IMG/VR virus record: IMGVR_UViG_3300022700_000225
Span: 1 to 63,760 of that record
DNA from: a virus
Taxonomy: Duplodnaviria > Caudoviricetes
Strand: one strand, 5' to 3'
Length of the DNA stretch: 63,760 bases
The notes below the pieces were generated by a model. That model saw only the letters and a program-made list of their open reading frames with translations, had not been told where the DNA came from and made no database searches. How positions within the stretch are numbered: position 1 is the first letter of the stretch; every line of letters begins with the position of its first letter. The translations under genes and the position numbers were made by a program. Below, piece by piece: positions 44,312 through 53,430 of the stretch.

Positions 44312-44348
44312 TTCAAATCTCCTTGAATCGGTGAAAAGTCGGTTAAAT

Positions 44349-44377
44349 CCTGCCGGGTCCCGTCAGGACCCGGCAGG
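44349..44377. terminator. Perfect 12-bp hairpin after the major capsid gene
   Basis: CCTGCCGGGTCC-CGTCA-GGACCCGGCAGG. Confidence 0.55.
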
Positions 44378-44418
44378 GGCCGGAAGCGCTGTAGCAGCCC
44401 TTCCGGGGATGATTACGG

Positions 44419-45390
44419 TTAGCCGGTGATCATGTTGGTATGGCGCACATGAGCTTTCCGGTTGCGGCAGATCAACTGCCCGATCCAGCGCACATTGGCC
44501 ACAGCCACATCCGGCTGATCAATCGGGGACTGCCAGACCGGCTTGGTGAACTGGTAGTCCTTGTGGGTCTTGATTGAGAGAAACCGGGTGTTGAGACCGT
44601 CAATCCGTTTTTCGGTCTGATTGTCGTCGGCCACTACGGGCACGCCGGAAAACAGGATGTTCTCAAAGCCTGCCTGGGCCAGCTTGTGGTCCGAGTACCG
44701 GGCCTGCTGCTGGAGCGTGGCCTCGAACGCATCCTTGAGCACGTCAGTGGTCACGTAAATATCGGGCTTGTTGCGCCGGTTCTGGCCCACCTTGGCGGTC
44801 CGCCGCAGCTGCTGCATGGCCGCAAAAGACATGGTGGTCTCGGTGGAAAGCACATTTGCCTTCCACTCGGCCATGTTGTCTTCTGCAATGCTGCCGTACT
44901 CCTTTGAGGTGGTGGTATCAAACAGATTCCCCAGCCCCAGCATGGCCTTGGCGTCAGAAGCAGAAGCGTAAACATCAGCACCCATCTTTTTGCGGATGGT
45001 CTTTTTGATGTTTTCCAGCTTGCCGTAGGTCATCTTCACAATGGCTGCATCCCCGCTGTTCTGGACCTTGTCGTCCAGATCAATGGAGTTGGCCGCGTGA
45101 TAGCCGGCCCACCGGAAAAGGGCCGCGTTGTAGATTTCCTTTTTTGACAGCGGGATCTTGGTGGTGTTGCCGTAGGTGCCGGAGTGCGCTTCGTCATGCT
45201 CCAGGATGATCTTGATCATCTTGCCGCCGTCCACGGTCTCGCCGGAGTCGGGCCCCACCAGGTTTTCCGCCATCATGCCCTTGCCCATCAGGACATAGAG
45301 CAGCACATTTTCCTCGAAATACACGTCAATGGGCGTTTTCTCGACATAATCGTCGGTGATCGCCTGCAGTTCAGTTAAAGATAAAGGCAT
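44419..45390 (-). CDS. Major capsid protein
   Basis: 323 aa after the scaffold; strong RBS; GFENILFSGVPVVAD...W.GQLICRNR pattern. Confidence 0.88.
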   Translation of the reverse strand: MPLSLTELQAITDDYVEKTPIDVYFEENVLLYVLMGKGMMAENLVGPDSGETVDGGKMIKIILEHDEAHSGTYGNTTKIPLSKKEIYNAALFRWAGYHAANSIDLDDKVQNSGDAAIVKMTYGKLENIKKTIRKKMGADVYASASDAKAMLGLGNLFDTTTSKEYGSIAEDNMAEWKANVLSTETTMSFAAMQQLRRTAKVGQNRRNKPDIYVTTDVLKDAFEATLQQQARYSDHKLAQAGFENILFSGVPVVADDNQTEKRIDGLNTRFLSIKTHKDYQFTKPVWQSPIDQPDVAVANVRWIGQLICRNRKAHVRHTNMITG

Positions 45391-45414
45391 GATTTACTCC
45401 TTATAAGCGAACCA

Positions 45415-46227
45415 TCACCCGCCCCGGGCCGCCTTGAGCCGCTCCATCATCGAGTTCTGAACGTCTTTTGGCGACGTCAGCGGTTGCTGGTTCTTTTGTC
45501 TGATTGTCTGGCCCGGCTTTGACAGCACCTTTCCGGCCGCTGCATCCCCGGACGCCAACTGTTCCATTTCTTTTTTTCCGCGCTGATACGCTTCATCGGC
45601 CGCGGTCTGGGCCTTGTAGGCGTAATAGGCGGAAAAGTCGTCATGCAGGCCCGGCAGCTGTTTCTTGACCTCTTCCAGGGTCCCGGTCTGGCGCAATTCC
45701 TCAAAATCCGGGTGCTCCTTGTGAAACTGGTTTAAAACCTGTTCTGCCTGGGTGTCCTGCTGATACTTCTGGAGCCGTTGCTCCGCGATTTGCTCCGCTT
45801 CCATGCGCGACATCTGGGCCACCACATTGGCTGTCTGAAACATGGCCTCATCCGGGGACAGATCCCCTTCGTCGAGCTGCTTGCGGATGCTCTGCAGCTG
45901 ATCCTGCAGACCCTGGCTTTCCTGCTGGCCCTCTTCGGTCTGCTTCGGCTGCATCTGTTTCAGGGCATCTTGCAATTCCTGGTTCTGCTGCCGCAGAGTG
46001 CCAACTTCATCGCTCTGCTCCCCGAGCTTTTGTTCAAGATGCCTGTAGCGCTCTTCCCAGTTAGGTGCGCCTTCTTTGCCGGCCTTTGCATCGGCCGGCT
46101 CTGCCGCCTGGCTGTTGTCATCAGGTTCTGCTGCGTGTCCCGGGTCGCCCGCTTCGGGGTCATCTTCCGGGGGCAGGTCGCCTGCCGGGTAAAATTTCCG
46201 GTCGTCCAGGTCTTCGGGTCTTGGCAT
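45415..46227 (-). CDS. Capsid scaffolding protein
   Basis: Acidic N-terminus, YRHLEQKLGEQSDEVGTLR coiled coil; AAGGAGG RBS. Confidence 0.8.
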   Translation of the reverse strand: MPRPEDLDDRKFYPAGDLPPEDDPEAGDPGHAAEPDDNSQAAEPADAKAGKEGAPNWEERYRHLEQKLGEQSDEVGTLRQQNQELQDALKQMQPKQTEEGQQESQGLQDQLQSIRKQLDEGDLSPDEAMFQTANVVAQMSRMEAEQIAEQRLQKYQQDTQAEQVLNQFHKEHPDFEELRQTGTLEEVKKQLPGLHDDFSAYYAYKAQTAADEAYQRGKKEMEQLASGDAAAGKVLSKPGQTIRQKNQQPLTSPKDVQNSMMERLKAARGG

Positions 46228-46290
46228 TTTCGCCTCCTTTGCGGGATCGGCTGCCGGCCGGGTGCCCCGCTGCTTGAAAAGTTGTGTGAT

Positions 46291-46348
46291 AAAAAAAAAG
46301 CCCGAATCCGACGGGGGAGCGCATGCTCCGTGTCCATCAAATTCGGGC
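46291..46348 (-). terminator. Intrinsic terminator/attenuator upstream of the scaffold gene
   Basis: Minus strand GCCCGAAT...ATTCGGGC + T9. Confidence 0.75.
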
Positions 46349-46442
46349 CTCTAAGTCCCCCGACAATCGGGGTTTATTGGTAACCGACTTCGCTGCTTTT
46401 CAGGTCGCATTTGCTACTTTTGAAGCAGCAAATGCGGCTTGC

Positions 46443-46649
46443 TTATTTCCGGCTCACCTCTTTTCTGAAATCCTCGCGCAAAAACGCCCTGCCAATGCCG
46501 CCCTGCGACAGGTTGATCTCCATGGTCACAGTCAGGGTTCCGGTGGCTCCCTCCCTGGCTTGAATGCCTTGATAGACCGCATCTTTTGCCAGAATTGCCA
46601 AATGCGCCATCTGGTCGTCGCGCGAAAGTTTTTGCCTGCTCTTTTCCAT
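46443..46649 (-). CDS. Small protein, DUF2292/YezD-like
   Basis: TGATG-coupled to the upstream gene; TGTLTVTMEINLSQGGI beta-hairpin; followed by structured RNA. Confidence 0.55.
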   Translation of the reverse strand: MEKSRQKLSRDDQMAHLAILAKDAVYQGIQAREGATGTLTVTMEINLSQGGIGRAFLREDFRKEVSRK

Positions 46650-46942
46650 CAACACCTCTCCACAATGCCGTGTTTTTCCAGGTGCTGCTTGTACTCGGTC
46701 CGGGTCTCAACCGGCTTTTCCAGGCCGGCGGCCACATCATCATCGTCCTGGATGCAGCCCCGCACCTGATCGTTTAACCAGGTTGGGTTCTCGCTCTGAA
46801 ACCCGCCATGGCCCAGCACGATCACCCGCTTTGCCCATGCCCCGCATTCCGGGCAGGCCACGGCTGTTCGCGGGTGACTGATAGACATGAACAATTCAAA
46901 CTGGTTTTCGCATTTCTGGCACTTGAAGTCATAAAGCGGCAT
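46649..46942 (-). CDS. FmdB-family zinc-ribbon protein
   Basis: MPLYDFKCQKC..FE...CPECG. Confidence 0.88.
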   Translation of the reverse strand: MPLYDFKCQKCENQFELFMSISHPRTAVACPECGAWAKRVIVLGHGGFQSENPTWLNDQVRGCIQDDDDVAAGLEKPVETRTEYKQHLEKHGIVERC

Positions 46943-46945
46943 GTT

Positions 46946-48994
46946 TTAAGCCCTCGCCGGTTCTGGTTGTCCCTGCTGCACAGCTTCTGTAGCGCCTCCC
47001 TGCTGCCCCTGGCCTCCCTCGCTGACCGATTTTCCGGCAGCCGGCTTGCTCTGCGCACCCTTGCCGCCCGGCGGGTTCTGGGGCCGGTTGCCCGGTCCGC
47101 CCTGAGTCTCCTGCAGCACCTGATTGAGCACCTGGGCATTGAACAGGTCATAAATACTGCCGTCACCCGGCGGCTCCTCCGGCAGCCCGGCCTGCACCAG
47201 CAGCTGAATGGCCTGGCCCATCTGCCCTTCGCCCACGCGCTCGATGATCTCCTGGGTGCGCGGAAACTCGATGGCCTCAAGATAAGCCTGCCGGTCAATT
47301 GCTCCGAGCTGATAGGCTTTTTCTGCATCGGCTCGCAGCTGCAATGAAGTCCGCGGCATAGTTGATCCGCTCTCCACCACAAAATTAAAATCCCGGTCCC
47401 GCAAATCCGTGCCCCGGAACTGTCCGATCTCTCCGGCCACCTCCACAGCCTCGGTCTGTATTGAAAACTGCTGGAGCATGGACACAAACGACTGGCCCCG
47501 AAACTCCACCAGCTCATCCACGGCGTTGATCTTTTTTTGAATCAGCACCGCATTGCGCTCCTGCAGGGCCATGATGGCCGCAGCCGCAATCACGCCGCTC
47601 GGCGCCTCGCCCCGATCTGCATCTTCGATCTGATAGATCCGGTCATAGAGGTTGACGAACATATCGAAAAAGTTGAACAGCTGCTGGGGCACATTGGGGA
47701 CCTGGACAAACCGAATCGAATCAGCCACCTGACTGTTTTTGGGCTCCAGCACCAGATTGGGCTTTGACGACACCGCAGACCTCGGAATCCCGGAGTCCTG
47801 GGGTATGATCAACGGCGGGAACATCACGCGGGAGGCCCACCCAAACATCCGGCTAAACACCTGGTCGATCTTGAGGTTGAGATCCCCCACCTGCTCGGCT
47901 GCCGAAAAGCCCCAGATGCTTGTCGGGTCTTCATAGCTGGTGCCCAGCGCAAACGGAAACCGCCAGAACAAAAAACTGTTTTGCGCGTGCTCCCGGGCAA
48001 TGTGCGGGTTGATGTTGGGATTGGGCATATCGGCCAGCAGCTTATGGCCGTTGTTTGTCACGGTGATACACCGGATATTGCCAGGGTACTTTGCCCGCTC
48101 GACTTCCGCGGTGACAATCGCCCCGGTCTCATCGTCCTGGCCCACAACCTCTTCGACCGTTTCCTTGGTATAATCCCGCACCCAAACTTCAACGATCAAA
48201 GCCCGGCGCTCACGGAAATTGCGGTCCGCAAAGTCATGCCGGATCAAAGACGCCTTGTTGTCATAATGGCCTGACGGATTGGCTACCTGCTGCTGGCGCA
48301 CCATGGCCGGCCGGTCTTCCTCCCGGTTTTCGCCCAAAATCGAGTAAACGTCAGACGGCAGAATCCCGTCCACATCATAAGCCGCTTCCACCACTTCCAC
48401 GGTTTCCGGATAGGCATGGCAGGCATAAGGCGCATCCAGGCTGATATCATCGTAATAGCCGGGAGCCGGAAAAAACGCGAAAGGATCAAGCACGGCAATA
48501 TCCGGCCGCTTCTTCTCCGCGTTCCAGTAAGGCTTTTCGATAGTGGCCCCGTAAATCTCCATCTGCAGCACGGTTGTTGACAGCTTGCGCTTTTGCCTGG
48601 AGTCTTTCCACCACTTCAACCCAGAAGCTGTCAGCTTCCGGTCGTTCTGATCCGGATCATCCCCGGACAAAGAGACAACCTCAAACTGCGGATTCCGCGC
48701 CGTGATGTTGGCCTTGGTCCGCTCCACATTGGCAAAAAACAAATTGAGCTCCACCACGTTCTGCGCGTTTTTCATCCGCTGCAGGCTGTGGGTGCCCCGG
48801 TAAAGCTGATAGTTGGTTGACCATCGCTCCGGCAGCCCAAGGCGATCCCGCTCTTCCCTGGCCAGTTCAAACAATTGCCACGCCCAGGCAGCCACATCCT
48901 TGTCGCCCTCAGGCGGTGGATTGGCGATTGTCCATTTCGGGTCCGGCATGGGCGCTGTCGCCAGTGATGCCGGGTGATCAGCCGTTGCTGCCAT
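46946..48994 (-). CDS. Portal protein
   Basis: 682 aa between terminase and scaffold; RGEAPSGVIAAAAIMALQE..., DFNFVVESGSTMP; Gln/Gly-rich tail. Confidence 0.88.
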   Translation of the reverse strand: MAATADHPASLATAPMPDPKWTIANPPPEGDKDVAAWAWQLFELAREERDRLGLPERWSTNYQLYRGTHSLQRMKNAQNVVELNLFFANVERTKANITARNPQFEVVSLSGDDPDQNDRKLTASGLKWWKDSRQKRKLSTTVLQMEIYGATIEKPYWNAEKKRPDIAVLDPFAFFPAPGYYDDISLDAPYACHAYPETVEVVEAAYDVDGILPSDVYSILGENREEDRPAMVRQQQVANPSGHYDNKASLIRHDFADRNFRERRALIVEVWVRDYTKETVEEVVGQDDETGAIVTAEVERAKYPGNIRCITVTNNGHKLLADMPNPNINPHIAREHAQNSFLFWRFPFALGTSYEDPTSIWGFSAAEQVGDLNLKIDQVFSRMFGWASRVMFPPLIIPQDSGIPRSAVSSKPNLVLEPKNSQVADSIRFVQVPNVPQQLFNFFDMFVNLYDRIYQIEDADRGEAPSGVIAAAAIMALQERNAVLIQKKINAVDELVEFRGQSFVSMLQQFSIQTEAVEVAGEIGQFRGTDLRDRDFNFVVESGSTMPRTSLQLRADAEKAYQLGAIDRQAYLEAIEFPRTQEIIERVGEGQMGQAIQLLVQAGLPEEPPGDGSIYDLFNAQVLNQVLQETQGGPGNRPQNPPGGKGAQSKPAAGKSVSEGGQGQQGGATEAVQQGQPEPARA

Positions 48995-48996
48995 GG

Positions 48997-49353
48997 TTAT
49001 TTATCCCCTTTTTGCGCTGCCATGCGCTTTGCCATGCTCTTGCTCTGTGCCGCAATCAGCTGCATGCCAACAGTCACCAGGGCCGCCCCGCAGCCCGGGC
49101 ATTCCATGTGCCCGGGGCCATCGCCAGGCGGCGGCGTGTTGACATCCTGCCAGCCCCAGGACCGGTACGGTTCTTTCAGCCGGACCATGGACGTGTTGGG
49201 CACGCGGGCCGGGTCGTAGTGCTCCGTAGTTTCGTAAAACACCCCGCGGCATTGCGGGCAGATCACGTCTAAGACCGGGCCGGCCCCGGGCTTTTTTGCA
49301 GCCTGCTTACGCTTTGCCGGTTTCGGCTTTTGCGCTTTCTTTGCTTCCGCCAT
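48997..49353 (-). CDS. Zinc-finger hypothetical protein
   Basis: CPQC...CPGC; start MAEAKK with GAGG RBS. Confidence 0.65.
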   Translation of the reverse strand: MAEAKKAQKPKPAKRKQAAKKPGAGPVLDVICPQCRGVFYETTEHYDPARVPNTSMVRLKEPYRSWGWQDVNTPPPGDGPGHMECPGCGAALVTVGMQLIAAQSKSMAKRMAAQKGDK

Positions 49354-49705
49354 CTGCCTCACCTTTCTCCTGGTCCGGCGGCACCGGCGCTTCAAACGGC
49401 TTTGCCGCGCCATGCCGCCCATACTGCTGATAGCCCTCCCCGGCACCGAATATGGTTTCGCCCGGGTCAAAAGACTTCTTGAACCGGTCCATGTGCTTTT
49501 GCACGCTTTCCGGCATCTGCTCGCTCCAGTCCGGCTCCTCTGCAGTCAGGCCGTCATCAATGTGATAGGCCCCGCCCTTGCCTGTGCTGAACAGTCCACC
49601 GGTCTGGCCGGTGGCCTTGTAAACCAGGTGCCCGCCAACCAGCACCCCAGACAGCGTTGCCAACCACGCGAATCCCAAAAGTGCAATTGCGGTTAGAAAT
49701 TCCAT
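49307..49705 (-). CDS. Single-TM hypothetical protein
   Basis: N-terminal hydrophobic helix; GGAGG RBS. Confidence 0.7.
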   Translation of the reverse strand: MEFLTAIALLGFAWLATLSGVLVGGHLVYKATGQTGGLFSTGKGGAYHIDDGLTAEEPDWSEQMPESVQKHMDRFKKSFDPGETIFGAGEGYQQYGRHGAAKPFEAPVPPDQEKGEADGGSKESAKAETGKA

Positions 49706-49718
49706 TTAACCCTCCAAT

Positions 49719-49765
49719 AAAAAAAAAGCCCCATAGAGTCCGGCCTCCGGACCCCATGAGGCTTT
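49719..49765 (-). terminator. Intrinsic terminator/attenuator downstream of terL
   Basis: Minus strand AAAGCCTCATGGGGTCCGG-AGG-CCGGACTCTATGGGGCTTT + T-run. Confidence 0.75.
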
Positions 49766-49842
49766 CGCGTTATGGGCTTGCCCCTGCGCGCTGCCGAAGC
49801 GAGGCACAGAAGCGGTCAATCTTTCATTATTCGGCTATCGGG

Positions 49843-49941
49843 TCAGATCCTCTCCCCCTTCGCCACCTTCTCCAGCAGCGACACGGTAAACTTCAAGCCC
49901 CGGATCAATGCCTTGATAATCTGCCTGGATTCTTCGCTCAT
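49843..49941 (-). CDS. 32-aa peptide MSEESRQIIKALIRGLKFTVSLLEKVAKGERI (not in the ORF track)
   Basis: TGATG overlap with the terL stop; amphipathic helix. Confidence 0.6.
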   Translation of the reverse strand: MSEESRQIIKALIRGLKFTVSLLEKVAKGERI

Positions 49942-51476
49942 CAATCCCCATACCCATCGTCGATATGAAAGGCGCCCGAGTTGTCCGGCGCGTTTAAAAC
50001 CACTTCCCAGTCCTGCTCGGCCTGGGTTTTGGGTTTTCGGTCCTCCGCGATAGCCAGGTGCGAAAACAGGGTGTAAGCCAGGGCGTCTCCAGCATCCGGC
50101 GAAGCCAGGCCCCGCTTTTTCATATCTTCTTTTTTCTCAAGCTGAATCCGGCCCTTGGGATCATACTGATATTCCGGGCCAATCAGATCATCGTAAAGCT
50201 CCTGGTCATCTGCCGGAATCGAACCGCCGGCCCGCAGCCATGCCAGCATGTCGCCCCACATCTCCGCCCGCTTGTTGTAATACACCAGCGGGTCACTGGG
50301 AGCATCTCCGCTAAGCACTTCAAAAATAATTGAGCCGTACCCGAGTTGCCGCAGCCGGTCAATCACGCCGGCGCCGATACCCACTGCGTCAACATTGACC
50401 GCCCTGGGGCCATACTTTTTGATTGTCTCAACCACCATGGCGGCCAGCTGCATGGTGTCCATTTTGAGAAAACGGCGAATCTCGTGCGTCTGCAAGCCCT
50501 GACGAACATAGATAACCGATTTGTCGTCGCCAAACCGGGCCACGTCCACACCGAGAACCACCGGTGCCCAATTCCAGACATGCTCATTCGGCCTGCCATA
50601 ATTGGCTTTTTGCGCTGCCTCCACCACATCGCTGGGAATAAACTGCGCAACAGAAGCCCGGGGAAACTGACCCTTGACACGGACCCGCACAAAGTCAGAA
50701 TCCTCGCCGTAGTCCTCAATCCACTGCTGGACCTGGGCCTTGTTGACCATCTTCGCTGTTCGCGAATCAATCTGCCGGGTGATCCACCGGTGCCGATACC
50801 GTCCAAAACATTCCTTGAAACGCCCGGTGTTCTGGGTCGGATTGCCAAAAGCCACCCACAAAGTTCCCGGCGTGGTCATGGCACCTTCGGCCACCTCCCA
50901 GATGATGTCGTCAATGATGCTGGCCTCATCGAACAAAAACAGCACATGGGATTCATGCGTGCCGGCAAACGCCTCTGACTTGTCTTTTGTCCAGGGGATT
51001 GCCGCCGCAAACCACGTTGACGGATGCTCGTTGTGATAAAACCGGGTCGCGGTCCACTTGAACAAATGCCCGTCCCGGGCCTTTTGGTTCCACTTTGCCA
51101 GCTCGCGCCACGTCTTGGTTTCGAGCTGATTTTTTGTGTTGGAAGTGACAACAATCTGCGGGTGCGGGCGGGTTGCCTCAAACCACTTCAAAATCCAGGA
51201 AATCAGAGCTGTTTTGCCAATGCCGTGGCCGGAAGCCACAGCCAGCCGGACTGACGCCATCTTTTCTTCGGCAGCCCCATACTCACCTGCGGCTGCCAGG
51301 CGCATGGCCTCGCCAATGTCGTTTAAAACATCGGCCTGCCACTTGTCCGGCCCCTCGCCCTTGTCAAAATCCCATTCCCAGTTGAAATACACATAGCCCA
51401 GCGGATCATAGACAAACTCCGCCAGGCACTGTATCAACTGCTCGTCCTGGGATATGTCGCGGGCCGGTTCAGCCAT
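49941..51476 (-). CDS. terL: Terminase large subunit
   Basis: ASGHGIGKT Walker A, FDEAS Walker B, GNPT, GVDVARFGDD and SPDAGDAL nuclease motifs. Confidence 0.96.
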   Translation of the reverse strand: MAEPARDISQDEQLIQCLAEFVYDPLGYVYFNWEWDFDKGEGPDKWQADVLNDIGEAMRLAAAGEYGAAEEKMASVRLAVASGHGIGKTALISWILKWFEATRPHPQIVVTSNTKNQLETKTWRELAKWNQKARDGHLFKWTATRFYHNEHPSTWFAAAIPWTKDKSEAFAGTHESHVLFLFDEASIIDDIIWEVAEGAMTTPGTLWVAFGNPTQNTGRFKECFGRYRHRWITRQIDSRTAKMVNKAQVQQWIEDYGEDSDFVRVRVKGQFPRASVAQFIPSDVVEAAQKANYGRPNEHVWNWAPVVLGVDVARFGDDKSVIYVRQGLQTHEIRRFLKMDTMQLAAMVVETIKKYGPRAVNVDAVGIGAGVIDRLRQLGYGSIIFEVLSGDAPSDPLVYYNKRAEMWGDMLAWLRAGGSIPADDQELYDDLIGPEYQYDPKGRIQLEKKEDMKKRGLASPDAGDALAYTLFSHLAIAEDRKPKTQAEQDWEVVLNAPDNSGAFHIDDGYGD

Positions 51477-52098
51477 TACCGCTGCTCTCCATCATCTTTG
51501 CCTTTTGCTCCAGCGCCCGGCTCAAGGCCTGCTCATGGGTGTGCTTGACTTGGCCCTTGACGGTATGATCATGCTTTTCCGCCGCATAACTGCCCTGGAC
51601 TTTAAACGCCATATCCAGGGACCGCCGCTGCAGCTCCAAATTCTCAACCTCGATTCCAATTAAGCTCTCGGTCTCGGTATAGGCATCGCCCTTGTTGTTG
51701 AGCTTTTCCTGCGATGTTTCGGCTATGATCTCAACGCCCGGCTTGAGCTGCCCTATCTTCCCTTTCAGGGTTTGGAACCTGGTTTCCTTCCCCTCCAAAA
51801 GCGAAATCAGCTTTAATTTCAGGGCGCTTTCGGACAGGCCGGCCTCGTCAAGCCAATTATTAATCTTTTCAGCGAGTTTTGTAGAGTTCTGGCAACCGAT
51901 ATGCCGCAAGTATTCATCGTTTTTTGTTTTGTAACCCGCCGCCCTGGCGGACTCTGTTTTATTGAGAAAAGTCGAAGGGTTGGAGTCGTCCAGATAATAC
52001 TTGAGCCACAGGTCCCTCTTGGTCACCCGGGGCGCTTTTTGTGTTTTCTTTTGTTTTGGAGATGCGGCTTGTTTAGTCATGGCTCCATTTTCCGCCAC
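51469..52098 (-). CDS. terS: Terminase small subunit
   Basis: N.TESARAAGY HTH motif; overlaps the terL start. Confidence 0.85.
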   Translation of the reverse strand: MAENGAMTKQAASPKQKKTQKAPRVTKRDLWLKYYLDDSNPSTFLNKTESARAAGYKTKNDEYLRHIGCQNSTKLAEKINNWLDEAGLSESALKLKLISLLEGKETRFQTLKGKIGQLKPGVEIIAETSQEKLNNKGDAYTETESLIGIEVENLELQRRSLDMAFKVQGSYAAEKHDHTVKGQVKHTHEQALSRALEQKAKMMESSGNG

Positions 52099-52124
52099 AT
52101 TGCACAGAAGGTCAAGAGGGTTGA

Positions 52125-52140
52125 ATACTACATGTAGTAT
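52125..52140. promoter_or_regulatory. Perfect 16-bp palindrome resembling an NrdR box, upstream of terS
   Basis: ATACTACATGTAGTAT. Confidence 0.65.
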
Positions 52141-52158
52141 AGCTGAAAAAATTTTTTC

Positions 52159-52344
52159 TCATTTTTCCGGCCGACCGATCGGTTGGGTTGCTTCTTTCGG
52201 CTCAACCCAATAACTCACCTGTTCATGCGTCACCCATCCCAACCCGCATGTTTTGCAGCGCCGATACCGCCGGATCAGTGTCGGGCTTTTCAGCCTGGAG
52301 TCCTCAACGCAGGTGTGCTGAGATTTACACCTCGGGCAGTTCAT
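52159..52344 (-). CDS. NrdR N-terminal zinc-ribbon-like regulator (no ATP cone)
   Basis: MNCPRC...VEDSR...IRRYRRCKTCG..WVTHE. Confidence 0.8.
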   Translation of the reverse strand: MNCPRCKSQHTCVEDSRLKSPTLIRRYRRCKTCGLGWVTHEQVSYWVEPKEATQPIGRPEK

Positions 52345-52475
52345 TTCGGCCAGACCCTGTACTCGATATGATCCGACAGATCGTTTTTCCGGGCTGCGCT
52401 GCACAAACAGCCGGCCAACAGGCCCAAAGTCCCGCCCACCAACAGACAGACAACAGCCACAATGACATACCACAT
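52341..52475 (-). CDS. Small TM protein (44 aa; not in the ORF track)
   Basis: MWYVIVAVVCLLVGGTLGLLAGCLCSAARKND...; GGAGG RBS; ATGA coupling. Confidence 0.6.
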   Translation of the reverse strand: MWYVIVAVVCLLVGGTLGLLAGCLCSAARKNDLSDHIEYRVWPK

Positions 52476-52492
52476 GCTTATCCCTCCCCCTG

Positions 52493-52801
52493 TCAAACCT
52501 CCTCGATTTTCACCGGATAAATCGATTCAACCATTTTCTTTTTATCGATATACTGCTTTGTGCGGTGCCCCTTGACATCGATAAACCGGACATTGCCCTC
52601 CGAGTCGAACACCTGGAAATCCACCCGGTATGTCACTCCGCCGGGCAGATGAAACGGCACCTGCCTGAGAAAAAAAACAATATTGCCGGCCTGCTGCCGG
52701 AGTTTGAGCTCTTGATAAAACCGCGCTTCTTTTTTCGAATCAAACCGGATGCCATCGGCCTCGGTTGGTTTTGCCCGGAACTTGTGCTGCGGGTATTTCA
52801 T
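52493..52801 (-). CDS. DUF1064-family PD-(D/E)xK endonuclease
   Basis: DGIRFDSKKEA...QVPF.L...YRVDF...DVKG. Confidence 0.88.
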   Translation of the reverse strand: MKYPQHKFRAKPTEADGIRFDSKKEARFYQELKLRQQAGNIVFFLRQVPFHLPGGVTYRVDFQVFDSEGNVRFIDVKGHRTKQYIDKKKMVESIYPVKIEEV

Positions 52802-52878
52802 GCGTAACCTCCCTTTGAAAACCTGTCATGAGGTTTGCCTTCCTGGATATTGCCTTTCGGTGCAGTGCTTTCCATGAG

Positions 52879-53430
52879 CTATCCCTCGATCAATCCGGTT
52901 TCACGTTTTTTCTCTGTATCGCCGATCCCGGAAACAAGTTTCTTCAACCGCTCAGGCGCCGCGAGCTTTTGCACTTCCTCAACCATTTCCGGGCGGCCGG
53001 CGTAAGCCTGATAAGCCTCGATAAACTCTTTTCTCCACCACTTGACTTCATCCTCGGTCACATTCGGAGCCCACCGCTCCCATTTCCAACGGGTTGACAT
53101 TAGATGCGCTGTCACCGGATCTAAAAACTTGGGGTTTATGCGGCTGCCCCGCTGCTGCAGGGTTTCTAAGACAATATCTGCCTGAGCCTGGGCGTTGTCT
53201 TTATTTGAGCCGTTAATTGCTTCAAGAAACTCTGCAAAGGTGGGCATTTTGGAAATAGTCCGGGTTTTTAAAATTTTCAGAGCCGCATACCGGATCTGGT
53301 CCAGGGAGATTCCTTCGGATTCAAAACCCCGTGCCCAAATCTTGACGGTGTTGTTGTCAACCGTATCGCCAAAATTCCCGGCCAGCCCGAAAAGGATTTC
53401 AGCAAGCGCCTGCCGTTCCTGTTTATTCAT
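52879..53430 (-). CDS. Replication-associated protein (helicase loader/inhibitor-like, DUF6475-like)
   Basis: MPTFAEF and WWRKEFIEAY motifs; follows the initiator gene. Confidence 0.6.
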   Translation of the reverse strand: MNKQERQALAEILFGLAGNFGDTVDNNTVKIWARGFESEGISLDQIRYAALKILKTRTISKMPTFAEFLEAINGSNKDNAQAQADIVLETLQQRGSRINPKFLDPVTAHLMSTRWKWERWAPNVTEDEVKWWRKEFIEAYQAYAGRPEMVEEVQKLAAPERLKKLVSGIGDTEKKRETGLIEG

